A DNA stretch of 64,000 nt from Hyphochytrium catenoides (Eukaryota; Protista; Hyphochytriomycota), in the NCBI GenBank assembly GCA_900088475.1, contig FLMG01002858.1, positions 9,024-73,023 of the forward strand. The letters run 5' to 3'. The notes below the pieces were generated by a model. It searched no databases. It was not told the origin of the DNA and saw only the letters and a list, made by a program, of their open reading frames with translations. Numbering within the stretch: the stretch's first letter is position 1; each line of letters begins with the position of its first letter. Positions 1 to 32,902 of this stretch are shown here, piece after piece. Made by a program: the position numbers and the translations under genes.

Positions 1-3000
1 TGCGCTGACAGAAGTTCGATCTGCTTATTCTTGAGTAGACTTCGCTGCTCCTTTAGTCGAGCGATAGAATCCTCTAGACTGCTTATACTGCCAGAGTAAT
101 AGATGTATAAAATCAGTATCATAAGGACTGGCGCAATGGTGCTGTAAAGACACTCCAAACTGCCACAAAGCGGAACTGATTACACGTTACGTCCCCAAAG
201 GTAAACTGTGGGAGAAGAGTCGGACTTCCTGCTTCTTATATCCCTTCCCGTCCTTACCGTTGGGATTCCCTTCTGGCGATGATGAGGACTTGCGAGAGCT
301 GCCGCTGCTCCTGTTTGAGCGTGAGCAGTTTGGCGGAAACGTCTTCCTGAGCTTGCTGGTTCTGGGCCTGGGATATACCATAGTGAAAAGACAGTGGAGC
401 GCATCAGTGATGCGAAATGAAGACTAGCCAGGTTGGGGTACTTGATGGACACAGGACCCACAAGAATTCGCGTAGAGAGGAGCAAAGGCAACAACAGAGA
501 CACAACGTCGTCAAAATTGAGAGAACATCTCTTCTCCCCGGTACCGTTGGCATGCTCAGCATGTTCCGCTGTTTCTCTTCTAACTCAGAGATTGAGTCCT
601 GGAGCCTTTGATAGTCGCTTTCAACCTGCATTCACAAGCTTTAGTGCCAAAAAGACGGGAGCTTCATCCGGTAATTCGAAGTGCACCCTCTATATCTCTC
701 TCTGACACAAGTCCATGGCCAATTCAATCTGCGTCTACAGCTGCGTCTCCATTTGTTTATGCACCTACTTACTTGTCTGAGCTCCAGTCTTCTCGTCTTA
801 AGTAGCTCCAGGCGTCGTCCCTTGCTCAGTAGAGCGCACTCAATCTCGGCCAGTTCTGCTTCACTCTGCAGTAAGCCGTGCATGAACAGTCAGCCTTTGA
901 CTTGTGTATACAAAAGCGCGGACGGGACTGATGGATAAGACGTAATAGAATAATTGAAGACCCTTCCTTCTAATGACAACATTTGTGTTGCAAAGGAAGT
1001 CGGGAAAGCACCACCTGCAGCTGGTCTGAAGCAAATTGAGCTTCTCTGCGTTCCATCTCCAACAATTCGTCCAGAACCAGAAGATCAGCGTCTACGTACT
1101 CCGGCTCCTGCAGAGACCTGGGACAATTGAAGCGCGTAAGAACCAAAGTTGAGCCTGAAGAGATGCTTGATGAAAGGTCAAATTCGCGCCGAGAGGCGCC
1201 TGGGGCGGAGGGGGGGGAGGGGAGGGGCAACATTACAAAGAGACTTAAGCAGCCCAGCGTCGAAAGAGAGAAGTGACAAGCGTATATACGGCGCAACTAA
1301 GCATTCGGACAGAAAAGATAGAGTTCTTGTGGCTATCCTTACTCTGCAGATTCCGATCCCGGGACAGATTCAGAAGCTGTGCTGCCAGCGTTTGTCCTCT
1401 TGCTATCGCTGGGAGGCTTGAGTCCCGAAGCCGGTCTCGAAGCGTTCGTCGAAGGGAGTTTGGAAACTGGAAGAGAGGAGCCCTTCCCGGTCGCTGTTCC
1501 GGGTCCTACGGCTGCTTTCTTTGAAAGCCCAGTGCTACTGATAGAAGAGCGATTACCGCCAGCCGCTCCCCGTGGACTAACGGCACCGCTGGGTCCTTTA
1601 GCTGAAGGTTTAGAGGCCCCAGTTTTAGGTCCCGTTGAGGAAGAGGAGGAAAGAGAGGGCGGCTCTTGATTAGGTTTTGGGGATAGAACCCGACTTGGGG
1701 TAGCGCCTGAGGCAGGTATTGAAAGGGTGGAAGCAGTAACTTCTGAGATGCGAGAGAATAGGGTTGAGAAGTACTCTTTGACGTCACTTCTCGTCAGAGC
1801 TTTTTCGGCTTCCTCGTCGTTAGTTTTCTCTTCCTCCTGTTGGAAGAGACAGGAAAGTGGAATCATAAGAAATGTCGATTAGTTCCAAAGGTAGGCCCAG
1901 TGTGCCATATTGCTATTAAACGCCTAATCAGCTCAGCAAGAAAGCAAGTAGGTGATCAAAGGAGAGGTCGAACATGCCGCATGACGGTTTGATAGCGCTA
2001 AACTGATGTAACAAAAAGGCAAGCGTGGTGTCAGAGATGCTATCGTCTACCTTGAGAAAGACTTGCTTTACGAGTTCCCTCTGTAGTAACACCGAGATAC
2101 TCTTCAAGCGGAGGAGTTCCGCCGAGTTGGAGTCGATATTTTTTATAGCCTGCCACAAGCGACCCAGGTGAGAGAGAGGTAGACTGTCGCGGGTGAGGTA
2201 TCGAAGGGAATGGAGAGCAAAGAGCCTTCTCTCCAAGAAAAGAATAAGTTCAGAGAGGGACGGAGGCAAGACTCAGGAGGCGGGAGGAAAGATCGCATGA
2301 CATGAAATGAAAGGGGAATGCTCTGACCTTGTTCTGAATGTTTTTGGCTCTGTTCGCATATCGCAAGGTATTGATTGTCTCGTTCAAATTGTCCTCCGCA
2401 GGAGACACGCAGGCACTTGCAGTCAAGGGATAGAGTAAAGGGGACCGAGGCAAGGAGGTAGATGTAAGTGGAGGAAGAACCATTTCCAGGGATAGAGTTG
2501 TTTGACCATATGCCACGATACGTGAAATAAAGCTTCAGAAGTATGCAGATGCCGGGAAGATGCCCTAGCATGAGCGTGAGCAACTTGACCAACAAAGGAA
2601 AAAGCATATAGAGTCCATCCAGCAAACTATTAGCGCAACTGAAAGGCAAGCTTGCCGTAGTGGTACTTACATAAATAGGGTCCGACTGTTCCCTCCCAAT
2701 GCGTCTTGCAGAAGCCTGGTCAGCTTGGAGCTGCGATAGGGGATGTGGGCTTTCTCTCCACTCTTCTGTTTGGCCTCGGCTAGAGCGTTGATCACATTTC
2801 CTAGGGCAAGGAGTCCGACTACACAGACAGCAACTTGTTTAGGTCTCCGCTAAACGATTTGAGTAGGTGATCCTCCTCTTATCTTATCCTTATTCGTCAC
2901 TCTTGATTCTGCACCTATCTCTCTAAACATCTCATCAGCGTACCGTTGATGTTAATGCCTTCTTTCATTCTAGACCCTTCCGCCCCAGTCCGTTTGATAC

Positions 3001-4817
3001 TAGAGATTAACAAACACCGAGGGGCAACGGATGGTAAGACTCCTAAAGCTGGTACCAATACTGTGTGCTCGAAAAGAACTTCGAGTACGGGACAGAGGGA
3101 GCCAAGGAAAAGAAATAGATATTGTCGATGATCACAAGGCAAACAATATTAGCGATAACGAAGGGCCCTCGAGGGGTCATCAATAGGAGAGCAGGCCGAG
3201 AGTCAGTCCCTGCTAACCGTTCGCTTCCTGCCAAGTCTACAAAGGTGAGTTTTGAGACGACGGTAGACTCCACAACGTCGCCATTTGAATTTTCAGGGGA
3301 CGCCTCACTTTTCTCCTGAATCTATTCAGTGATCCACATTAGAAGCGATAACGCCTAGGGGTAGTTTAGCAGCACAAGATCACTCTAGTCTATACCTTTT
3401 GGGTCAGCATCACTGTGAAGACAGCGTGTGACCGACTGGACTCAGCGTTCATCAAAGTTGCCCCAGTGGTTCTTTGCAGGGAGCCCTAGTGCCAGAGAGA
3501 TATAAGAACCCATACACGAAGGAACGCGAAATGGGGAAGTGTTTCTTTATGGCACAAAGCTACGAGACAGAATGGCGCCCCACCAGAATCAACTCAGCCA
3601 GAGGGCAAGATAAACGATCAAAAGCGCACCAGATGCAGTATCCTCGGCCTTACCGATCTAATGCACTCGATGGCTTCAGCTTTATTGGTGACAGGGACCT
3701 GTCGTAGTCCTTCCACCCAGACACCACCGTGGTCTTCCCGAATACGAAGTGATTCACTGCCCAAGGGATTGTGAGTCATTCTTCAAAGGTACACCAAGTT
3801 CCCCATTATCTCGCTCGTTGCCTACTGTGCACCGGACCAAACTTTTTGCCCGAACCCTTCATACCCCTTACGTCGAGGTCTAGCGCGGCTATACTGCGCG
3901 ACCTCATCTATGGAACACACCTGTCATACTGATCGTTACCAGGTAGCAGGTCCCTGATCTCCTCTCCATATATTTCCAAAAATGAGGCCGTCACCGTGGC
4001 TTCGTATCCGTCCTTCCTGGCCGCAATCTCGCCGAACAGCTCCTCAATAAAGCGAGGTATAATACCTTGATTGCTGTTCTCGGCCTGAGTGCTAGTGACA
4101 CCAGAATCCATACTTCCGATGGTGTAAGTCTTGCCAGACCCAGTCTGCCCATAGACTATACGGCCATAGATCGAAGGACGTAGTTGGAACCAATAGCCGG
4201 CATGTCATGTGAGCGGACGGGAAAGTTCGAGGAATACAGAGAATGACGAGGTATGGCAAGAGCTATAAAGGGTAGGCTGGCTTCTACAGGGTCCGAAGAC
4301 AATGCAACAGAAGAGAGAGGAAAATGCCCGAGAAGAAGGATGCGGAGACATGCAAGAGCAGAGAGCGCGGGGAACATTTGAGCAGGGATGGGAAGAGGTC
4401 GTTCCCCACGAAGGAACGAGGTGGAAGAAGTTGACGACTGTATTACCCAGAATTGTAACGTTGTAGCCATCGAAGAAAGGCTTGATTAGAGGAACTAAGG
4501 CAGCCTTGTAAAGTTCTGCAGAGGATAACATTGTCAGCATCGTGGAAGCGCTTCCTCTTCATGATGTCATCCAGATCGCACCTGTTTGAGAAGCCTGACT
4601 TGGCCACACATAGTCAAACCTAGCAAGCGTATCTATTAGGGTTGTCACAATTATAACCTGACTTCAGGTTGAAGACGTACGTGAAGCGCTTATCCTGTCC
4701 CACCAGAATCTGCTGGGCCGCAGGGTGCTGGATGCAGTCAGAGGTATGTCGAGCATGCTCATGGCCCAGTAGGGGTCGGACCCTCACCCCCACACGAATC
4801 CGGTTGGCCTCTTCCAT
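1..4817 (-). CDS. Kinesin-4-like motor protein (KIF4/KIF21/KIF27 type), multi-exon, 3' end beyond window start
   Basis: Starts [15 protein letters not shown] at 4817. Spliced exons give the P-loop [11 protein letters not shown] (~4120-4155), [15 protein letters not shown], switch [13 protein letters not shown], switch [46 protein letters not shown] and [29 protein letters not shown], followed by coiled-coil and low-complexity exons. Confidence 0.93.
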
Positions 4818-5298
4818 CTTATTTTCTCTATGAGGGAGAGAAGGAAGTACCGCGAGATCGGCAAGATGACGTTTAGCATGCGAACTTTTGCGTCGCCTCC
4901 AGCATCTTTTACAATGCTATGCCTCACTCCTCGACAGAGTCAGCACCCGACAGCAGAGATGGTCCCAGCTAGTAGCCGTCCCGCTGCACGTAGGTCTCCG
5001 TGGCAAGTGGCCGCCACTCTCAGGCACGTATCATAGCGTGGAAGAGATTGCTCCTGCAGTTAGATTCACTACGCTGCCGCCTTCTGATCCGAAGAGCCAG
5101 CCTTATTGATGCCGTTTCTCCGTCTCAATGTCTCAATGCGTTGCGAAGAGACTGACAGCAGAGGTCAAGCACCATCATCTCATAAAAACTTGGCGCGAAA
5201 AATGGGACTACCCTCACCGTTGCTTGAGGACCGCTAACGTCAATATATATTTCCGAAGCTTACCAAGGTTTCATGAAGTTTTGGTCGGTGGACAAAGG

Positions 5299-5535
5299 GT
5301 ACAAGTACAAGTACAAGCACAAGTACGATAGCAGGTACAAGTACAATTACCCAAGTACCGATATCTCAAGGCTTGATGTCTTCCATTGTCTTTGTTGAAC
5401 AAGGGCTACAGAAATGTGCTTCAACTGCGTATGGGTCTACCAGGAATTATGGGCTTTCTTGTCAGTACTTGTACTTAGTACCTGAGAATAGTCCAGTTCT
5501 TGTTGCTGCTTATTACTGGGGATTGTACTTGTACG
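5299..5535. repeat. GTACAA-motif array with an inverted TTGTAC array (imperfect inverted repeat) in the divergent intergenic region
   Basis: gtacaagtacaagtacaagcacaagtac...gtacaagtacaa at 5299-5346; gtacttgtactt at ~5465 and attgtacttgtac at ~5522-5534. Confidence 0.6.
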
Positions 5536-6057
5536 TTCCTGAACTCGTCTCGTCTTTATTTACTCCCTCAGATTCTGAGTGGAGACTATCTAACGCAGTC
5601 TCTGTCTTGAGCGCTTTTTAGCCTATGGGTGACTGTCTGCGTGTCTCCCTCTTCCTCTCACTCGCACGCTATGTTCTGCTGAGAAGTGATCCGGAGTTGA
5701 GCTTCTTGGTTCTGATACCTGTTGTCGCCTGATCAGCGTCTGGCCGAGGGCCTGTTAGAGCTTACCTTGATGCACACTCTATATTCTTCCTGTCTTCGTG
5801 AAGCTTGAGAAGCCTCTGCTCATTGGGTTCTACCATTGTCGTTGATTTAGTGCTCTTACGGCTTTTAATTTATTGGCGGTGCGGTGGTGGATAAGGACGA
5901 GGGGTGCGTAGATTTCAAGGGGCGGAGCTACGACCAATCTGGCATGACCCACTGGGACTTAGCGCCATCATCCTAGCCGCAGCCAGCTGTCCTTCACACT
6001 TGGACAATATTCTATTGGATTGCTTGCTTACTGCAAGTGATAGAGACTTTAGATAAA

Positions 6058-6834
6058 ATGAACTACGGCGATCCGAGTAACTTCTTTGTGGATCCCAGTA
6101 CGAGCACGATGCTGGCGCTACTGCAGCAGCAGCAACAGGCGGCCAGATCGCCCATGATGGGTAATGGCCAGATGCTCCATCCTCAATTTTCTGGGGTAAG
6201 TGTAGCCGAAGCATGCACCGCGAATTAAATTCCTCTCACGCAGCCTTTACACAACTCAGCTCAACCTTCAAGGACTGGATCCACAGCAACAACAGCAACT
6301 AGGAATGACTGCTTTTATGATGGCTGCGGGAGGTCCTGGTTTAGACGGCAGTTATAACGTCGAATACGATAGCAAACCTCACCCAAAGTCGAGTCGCGGA
6401 AACTATCGCTGTAGTAAGTGCGGCGAACCGAAGAAGGGCCATAAATGTGTGTTTCAGAGTTCAGCGCGAAAGGCAAACGAACCTGCACCAAGCACCCGCA
6501 CTGCTGCCATTCAGGTTGGTTCCGGGAAAATGCAGAACATTTAGAGCCAAGGAGGAGCGGGAGCAAGAAATTGAAGAGGGATTTGTGTTGTTGAGGCCGG
6601 GCATAAAGAGAGCCAGAGCATCCGAGCATCGAGGGACGTTCGTTGTTCATTTATCCGATGCTCAAATCTAACGAAAAGGAGAACAAGAGAGAGTAAGAGG
6701 GTCAACACAGGCATAGACGTGGGATATTGGCTGAGTGCTGACTCTGATCCGTCTATCAGGTGGAGCTTGATGAAGAGATGACTGTTCGGACCCTTGTTTT
6801 ATCCAAGCAGGGCTACCATGACCTCATGTACTAG
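6058..6834 (+). CDS. Small CCHC zinc-knuckle protein (3 exons, ~6058-6196, ~6260-6513, 6760-6834)
   Basis: MNYGDPSNFF...polyQ; second exon contains RGNYRCSKCGEPKKGHKC; last exon VELDEEMTVRTLVLSKQGYHDLMY*; GT-AG introns. Confidence 0.75.
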
Positions 6835-7548
6835 TTCAAAGAAGCCAAGAGACTGGCAGAAAAAGTCTCGCCGAACAAAATCCCGACGCCCCTCACCTAA
6901 AGTCTCTCACATATGCATACGAAGGAGGATACTATTTATTTTCAAGACCACTTCCACTTCGCGCACACGGCAATCCCCAGCAGAAGAATGTGGTCCTCAG
7001 AATATTGGGGCGAAAGCGCAGCATGAGCAGTCGACAGCCACGGATTTATGTTATGCTCAAGCGATTTTGGAAGTGGTGCAGCTGTATCCTAAGTCTTACA
7101 TTCTTAACCTAATGGACCAAGCTCCCAGATACCGTGCTATCTTAAAGTGCCACGGCTAGGATATCCATTCCTTTCCGCCACCATGGCCTAGGGCAGTTTC
7201 CCTAGCTTTTCTGATGGTGATACAATGCATCCTCTTCCTCATGACTCATTTGACAGCTCGGCCCTCTTATTCTTGTGATCCCTTCTCAGTCTACCAAGCT
7301 TTCGTTACGTCCACTGCCCCCTTTTCCCAGACGCAGGGGTTAAGCTACTATCGAGTGGCCTTACCACCCCTCGTGACCGGCTAACATCGCATCCCGTTCT
7401 CGCAGCTTATGTCTGTGTTTCCTAGTCTACTATTCAATGCACGCTTCAAAATAGGATGGCACAGAGGGCCAATGGTCTAAAAGGGACCTAGTACTTATTG
7501 TTGACAACGAAGTCCAAGCTTAAGTTGATGAGCCAAATGGATCACACA

Positions 7549-10294
7549 TTACGGGGTGTGTCGTCCTTGTTCGAATGTTCCATAACCTCCTCTTCTGATA
7601 CCTTCCTCATGAGGATCATGATATTCAGTCAGATAACTCTCCTTGACCTAGAATGCCAAAGAAAAGGAGGTACTTAGTAATGCGTCTAATATGATGGCCG
7701 GGAAAAGGACAAGAGACATAAGAGCGACATTCCAAGGTCCAATGGGGCGTCGACAAGGGTTGTTGTGACGAAGAAGGAAAAGTAAGACGACCACCCCTCT
7801 TTAGACTTGTCACAATATTAAAGGCAGAGATGTCATATACTGAAAGACAGTGCAGAAGGAGAACCTTCTTCTGCTGTCGCAAAGGAGTTCTGCTGAGCAC
7901 TTCCTGGGCCTTGAGCGCGTTCCTGTTGATCAAAGGACTGCGCGTCATGCTAGTCGAGGCTTGATCCAATGGCGTACGGATAACGCCCTAGATAATGGGG
8001 GAAGTAATGGGTAAGGGTAAAAATGAAGAAGACGTTAACATCCATGTCCGCAGGGGTTCCTCGAGTAACTTTTATTATAATCTACCTTCTCTTCTTCCAA
8101 TAGACCATAGTCAAAGTATGGCAAAAGTACACTGCCGTTGTACACTGCGGTGCCATACAGCAGAACCACCATACCTACGCAGATAGTTGAATCAACGTCA
8201 AGGTATTGATAGTTGGAATGAACGGAAGAAAGTATAGGACGAAGTCTTCTGCGTATCCTACCTGCCATTTGTAGCCAGCTCCAAACCGTCCAGGGCTCGC
8301 CAAAGGAACCAGCGGTAAAAAAGTAGAAGAGGGCGAGATCAAAACCCCATACTGAGATAGGTCTGAAGTTGTCCAGAATAGCGTGCCAGACACTGTCCAG
8401 CAGGTAAGTAGTCAGCACGGCAAAAATGTTAAAGCCCAAGATGACCAGGACGTAGATGGCAAAGATGCCTTGGATCTGCGAGCTGTGCAAGAGAAACGGC
8501 GTTAGAGAAGAATTCAACTACCTAAGAAAATGACGGACACGATTCGATTCACAGCACTCAGCAATCCAACGTAGCGATAGCGGCTAAGTATGAGTATATA
8601 GAGGGTTGTGGAGAGTCTCTGTGAGGAGATTCCTTTAGTAAGGACGTAATACACCAAGGTCCCTGTCCAAACGAGTGGAACGAAGGAGCTCTTTCTATTT
8701 GAGCGGCGACAGGGGAAAGAGACGAAAAACAGGGGGAGTACGAGGTTGGAGGTTTACCTATTACGAAGTTGCGCCCAGCCCTCGTCAAAGCGTTCCATTG
8801 ACCCATGATCACTGCCGGGGAGCATGTATGCCGTCGGGAAAACCACAAACGTTGTCAGAACGAGACCCCAGAAGCCCTCCATTCCAACAACCTGCCAATA
8901 TTTTCATCAGAACGCGTTATAAGATTCTTAACACGCCACTATAAGACGAAACCAACGAGAAAAGAGAGCACTCTGAGGGTATCTAATACTATTTAGACAG
9001 AAGCCATAGGAAATGCATTTTATCAAATAGAGAGAACGTAGCCTAGCAATCGTAGTAATGGCTCCTCGTATTTGGTGTCTTACCACTAGCGGAGGCGCCC
9101 CACCGCCATCCGTCATCACGAACTCTTCGAACACGTATTGTCCAGACTGGACCAGGCAACTGAGAACAACGAAGGTAATCCCAAGCCTAGTGGCAGCAAT
9201 GGTGTTCAGCAGACATTACTGCGACTCTGCCAGGTTTGGGCTAACTTACAGGGGATTGCCGCTCGCGTTTGCCTCGGCCCCGGTATGAATCGAGTTATCG
9301 AGAAAACTAGTGAGTCCCACAAGGACAACGGCTGCAGGGAGTGCAGAGTGTTAGAACGTCTGGGAGCACAAGTTGCTAGCACATTGTGCAACAAGATGTG
9401 CTACAGCAGCTTTGATAACGTGATCTGCTTTCTTTGGGTTCGTTCATACGTCAGCGTTTATCTCAATGTTCTCGCTCTCTCTAGCATTTCCTTCCCACAA
9501 ATCGTCCCCAGCTAGCAATAGCCTTTCCTTGACAAAGAACTGACCGACTGTATTCAGGAAGATGCCAAACCACATGTAAGGTCGGAGTTTATGCTTCAGC
9601 ACTAGGACCTTCAACAGGGCGACGAAGATAATGACTGTGCACTTCATCAGCTATAAAGGCATCCAGATATCTGGTGAGTATGCAAACGAAAAAACGTCGA
9701 AGACTTCAAGTTTTGTACCTGGAAAGTTGAGACTGCAATATATAGCAGACCCAGGTTCTGCAGAACGGTACCAATCAGATCAAAAATGGAGGGGAAGATA
9801 AGGATCCAGAAGATTTTGGCAGGCGTCTTCGGAGCTAGGTAATGTAGCAGCAAGAGTGAGTTAGGGCCCCGTAGGTGAATGCGCGACCAGAGCAATGCAA
9901 AGACGTACCTGGCGTTGCCTTCCCACGGTGAACATACCACTGGTAGGCGTAGTGAATGGGCAGGGCAAAGACCATGGCCACAAACATGCCCCAGGTTTGC
10001 AGGATGGGCTTCTCAAACGGCCGAACCACGCCATCGATGCCGGGAGCACGGAGCCCGTACAGCACCTGCAGAGATGTGACCGCATATAAGCGACTTGCTC
10101 TCCTTGTAGGTCACTGGGCGTTACGTTACCTTTCCCGTGCTGATGAAAATCGCGGGTGCATGGTAAAGGGTCAGAGAGCCAAGTCAGTTCAGGTAGTTTA
10201 ACTTGGTTAAACATTAGCACACTTACATCGTTGTCCCTGTGCCGGTGATTAGTCCCAGCGAAAAAACTGTAGCTTCAATCAGCCCGCAACCCAT
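7549..10294 (-). CDS. SLC35F6-like drug/metabolite (nucleotide-sugar transporter family) membrane protein, multi-exon
   Basis: Starts MGCGLIEATVFSLGLITGTGTT. Exons contain PFEKPILQTWGMFVAM, PSIFDLIGTVLQNLGLLY, LMKCTVIIFVALL, QYVFEEFVM, VGMEGFWG and LDSVWHAILDNFRPISVW. Last exon ends GRHTP* at 7549. Confidence 0.85.
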
Positions 10295-10904
10295 CTTTTC
10301 TCCTGGAAGGTAGATCGCGTTACCTTCAGCAGCCCCCTTTCTTAAACCTCCTTCGACCCAGCCTGTGACTGTGTGTACGCTAGCGAGGGAGTCTCCACTC
10401 TTGAGCTACAACGCGCCGGGATGCTCTCAGCAATCGCCTTGGCTGAGATTTCAGTGTGGTCGGTCGCAGACGAGCGGCAAGAGCTGTCACAAGGACCACC
10501 ACCCTATCAATATCCTAGCAACCGTATCATCAAGCCAGAGCACATGGTGATGGCAAAAGATCCAATTCTCAAATAGCCCGATAATAATTCTCAATATCCG
10601 AAACCTTGGCCACGAAGAAATCATAAGCTGAAAGGAAATCCTTAGGTAAATGGGAGGAATGGCCCGAGGTTAACTAGGTGGATGTGGAAGTAATCGAAAT
10701 TACGTGAAAATTAAATTCGGACCTACCTCCTAATGAGTTCTTGCTTGTCTTCATCACGTTGACATCCTACGAGCTTTGAAAGACTGGCCCTCTCACCTTG
10801 AGATTGAGGTTCTGGGCATCCTGCTGTTGAGACACAAGCTTGACATCAGTAGTGGTGGCGATCTACTGGTGCTGTCTTGTTAACAAGGGGACTACCGGGT
10901 CTCT

Positions 10905-30686
<19,782 letters not shown>

Positions 30687-31036
30687 AAAGTAACCATCTA
30701 CTAGTAATGACGGCCCTGGAAGTAAGGGCAGCTGAGCGTCATATGCAAAATATACCCTTCTCTTCTAGCTTCCCTTCCCTCTTTGAGAAAGCCTACGCCC
30801 TTCCTTACCACAAGGCACTTTCTAGCTCTCTAGGACTTGCAGTCATAAACTCACTGGTTCTTAGACATTACTGCGCATAGCTAATTTTGATAGGCTCCTA
30901 CCGTTAGCACTCAAAGGTGAGTGCACGCTGAGAGCAGGTGCGCTGATGGACGATTAACATAAGAAAAATGTGAAGCCTCCCTTGTTTCTTGGAGAATGCA
31001 ATATCTTCATCCTGTCTGCACCGCCGATAGCCGCCT

Positions 31037-31585
31037 TTAAAGAATCTTCACTGGAACTCTGATCTCCGTTCTAAGCTCCTCCTCTGGAGTTTTATCATAG
31101 TCGTTCAGATATACCTCGTAACAGACACCAAGATCCCAGTCTTTCTGTAGCTTCTTCTCCTGCTCCTGCTTCTTCACCCATTCCATAGCTTTGCCCCATG
31201 CTTCAGGAAGCTGGCTGTATGAGCCATTGAGAGAGAACACCGCCCAGGTCCCCGCTTTGGCCTGAATTAATCGGAGAACTCTCTCGTCTTTTCCTCCCTG
31301 GGCGATCTCCAGAGGGTTCTCTGCAGAACCCAGAGCTTCTTTGACCTTTCCTATGTCAGCGTCACTCTTTAGGATAGCGGAAGGTTGAGAGAAGAGGCGC
31401 TCAGCAGGCGGGAGGACAGGGATAAATGTCGCCCAAGGCCCTACGAGCGCGTCGTGAAGGCCGCATTTCTGTACAAAGGCGTTGACTTTCTTCATGCCCA
31501 CATTGCAGGCGGTACCCCAGTCATTATTGACCAGTTCCAAGTGTGCGCCAATGGCGTAGACATCAGGAAGATTCTTTACCTCCAT
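31037..31585 (-). CDS. GyrI-like small-molecule-binding domain protein (intronless), paralog 1
   Basis: 182-aa ORF with GTWAVFSLNGSYSQLPEAWGKAMEWV and the C-terminal YEVYLNDYDKTPEEELRTEIRVPVK typical of GyrI-like/AraC effector-binding domains. Confidence 0.85.
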   Translation of the reverse strand: MEVKNLPDVYAIGAHLELVNNDWGTACNVGMKKVNAFVQKCGLHDALVGPWATFIPVLPPAERLFSQPSAILKSDADIGKVKEALGSAENPLEIAQGGKDERVLRLIQAKAGTWAVFSLNGSYSQLPEAWGKAMEWVKKQEQEKKLQKDWDLGVCYEVYLNDYDKTPEEELRTEIRVPVKIL

Positions 31586-31964
31586 GGCGCGGTGTCAAGA
31601 ACAGGAGAGGAAAAAAGTGCTTCAGGCTAGAGGAAAGACGCGCTGGTCCTGTTGCTCAGAGGGACGGTAGGTCTGCACAAGGTCACTTTTGGCTTAGCTG
31701 GGAAATTGATGTTTGGGAAAAGAGTCAGAAGTATTCAAGCGCGATGGCTCAACATGAGGATGCTGTGCGGAAGTAAGAAAGGAAAGAGATCTAGACAAGG
31801 AGAGAGCATGTGAGATGGCAAGAAGTAGAGTAGAGTGCCCTGCTAAACTAAGCATGAAGAGAAGTGAGTGGGAAAAGTTCACTAGGAGGAAGAGAGAGCG
31901 ATAAAGGCAAAAGAGAGAGCTGGAGCAACGAAGCGGCAGGAGAGAAGACAGGGGAGAAAGGGGG

Positions 31965-32007
31965 AGAGAGAGAGAGAGAGAGGGAGAGGGAAGAGAGAGA
32001 GACAGAG

Positions 32008-32062
<55 letters not shown>

Positions 32063-32080
32063 TGAGAGTGCGTGTGAGAG
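31965..32080. repeat. (GA)n microsatellite
   Basis: Direct GA dinucleotide run, partly interrupted. Confidence 0.9.
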
Positions 32081-32902
32081 AGGGGAAAACCGAGAGACAG
32101 GCCACACCTATACAAACATTCATCATTTCAGCAGTTTCGCGCGCAATCGGTGTGCTGTTATTCTAGATAAGTAACAAAGATCGTGTTGTATTGATGATAA
32201 TGGTTAGTTATCTTCTAAAGGGATGCCAATGATCAGAATCTTTCTGTTTCCCGCCTATTCTGCTCTTCCTGAGTGATGGTCTACCAGCCTGCTGATCGCC
32301 TTCCTTTTTCTCCTGCTCAGCAGTAAGAAGTCGACATGAGCTTCGACATGCCTTCTTCCACACGCAAGCCTTGCATCCACAACCAAGAGTTTGATGCTGA
32401 GTGAGGAGGAAGAGTGTGCTTGCTGCTGTTACGAGAGTATAGCCCACTATTGAGGTTAGTTGATGATGCCGAGCTGAGTGAGGACGAGGAGGGCGTGCAG
32501 TTAGTTCTACTACAGGTAAAGTGCACCGTGAAATATGCTCACCTATGATGCCACATACTAAGGGGCCGTTTATGACGTCAAAGGCAAAGTGGTGGTATCA
32601 AGCACGGGAGTAAGAAGGGGCAGCATCGTCATCTTGTCTGTTGGGAATGTTAGTACAGCGTCTGAGAGAGCGACGCAGTAAGGGACGAGGACTATAGTTG
32701 TCAACCCTCTTCTACTACTACTGGCTAACAAAGCTTTCACCTCTGCGCATCTTAGGAACCTTGTACCAGTGAAAATTTTTCGGTGCATTACGCCTAGGTT
32801 ATCCACTAACTGTAGTGAAGTGTTGTTCATTACCCACTCAATGCTAGCCCAACAACAGGCTTGTATGGTGTCAGCTCTACTTGGCGGCTGCGTCCGATCA
32901 TT

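Noticed and set aside
31694-32166. ORFs rich in SLSLSL/RERERE (also at 35996-36535 and 42899-43557)
   Set aside because: Translations of GA/CT microsatellites.
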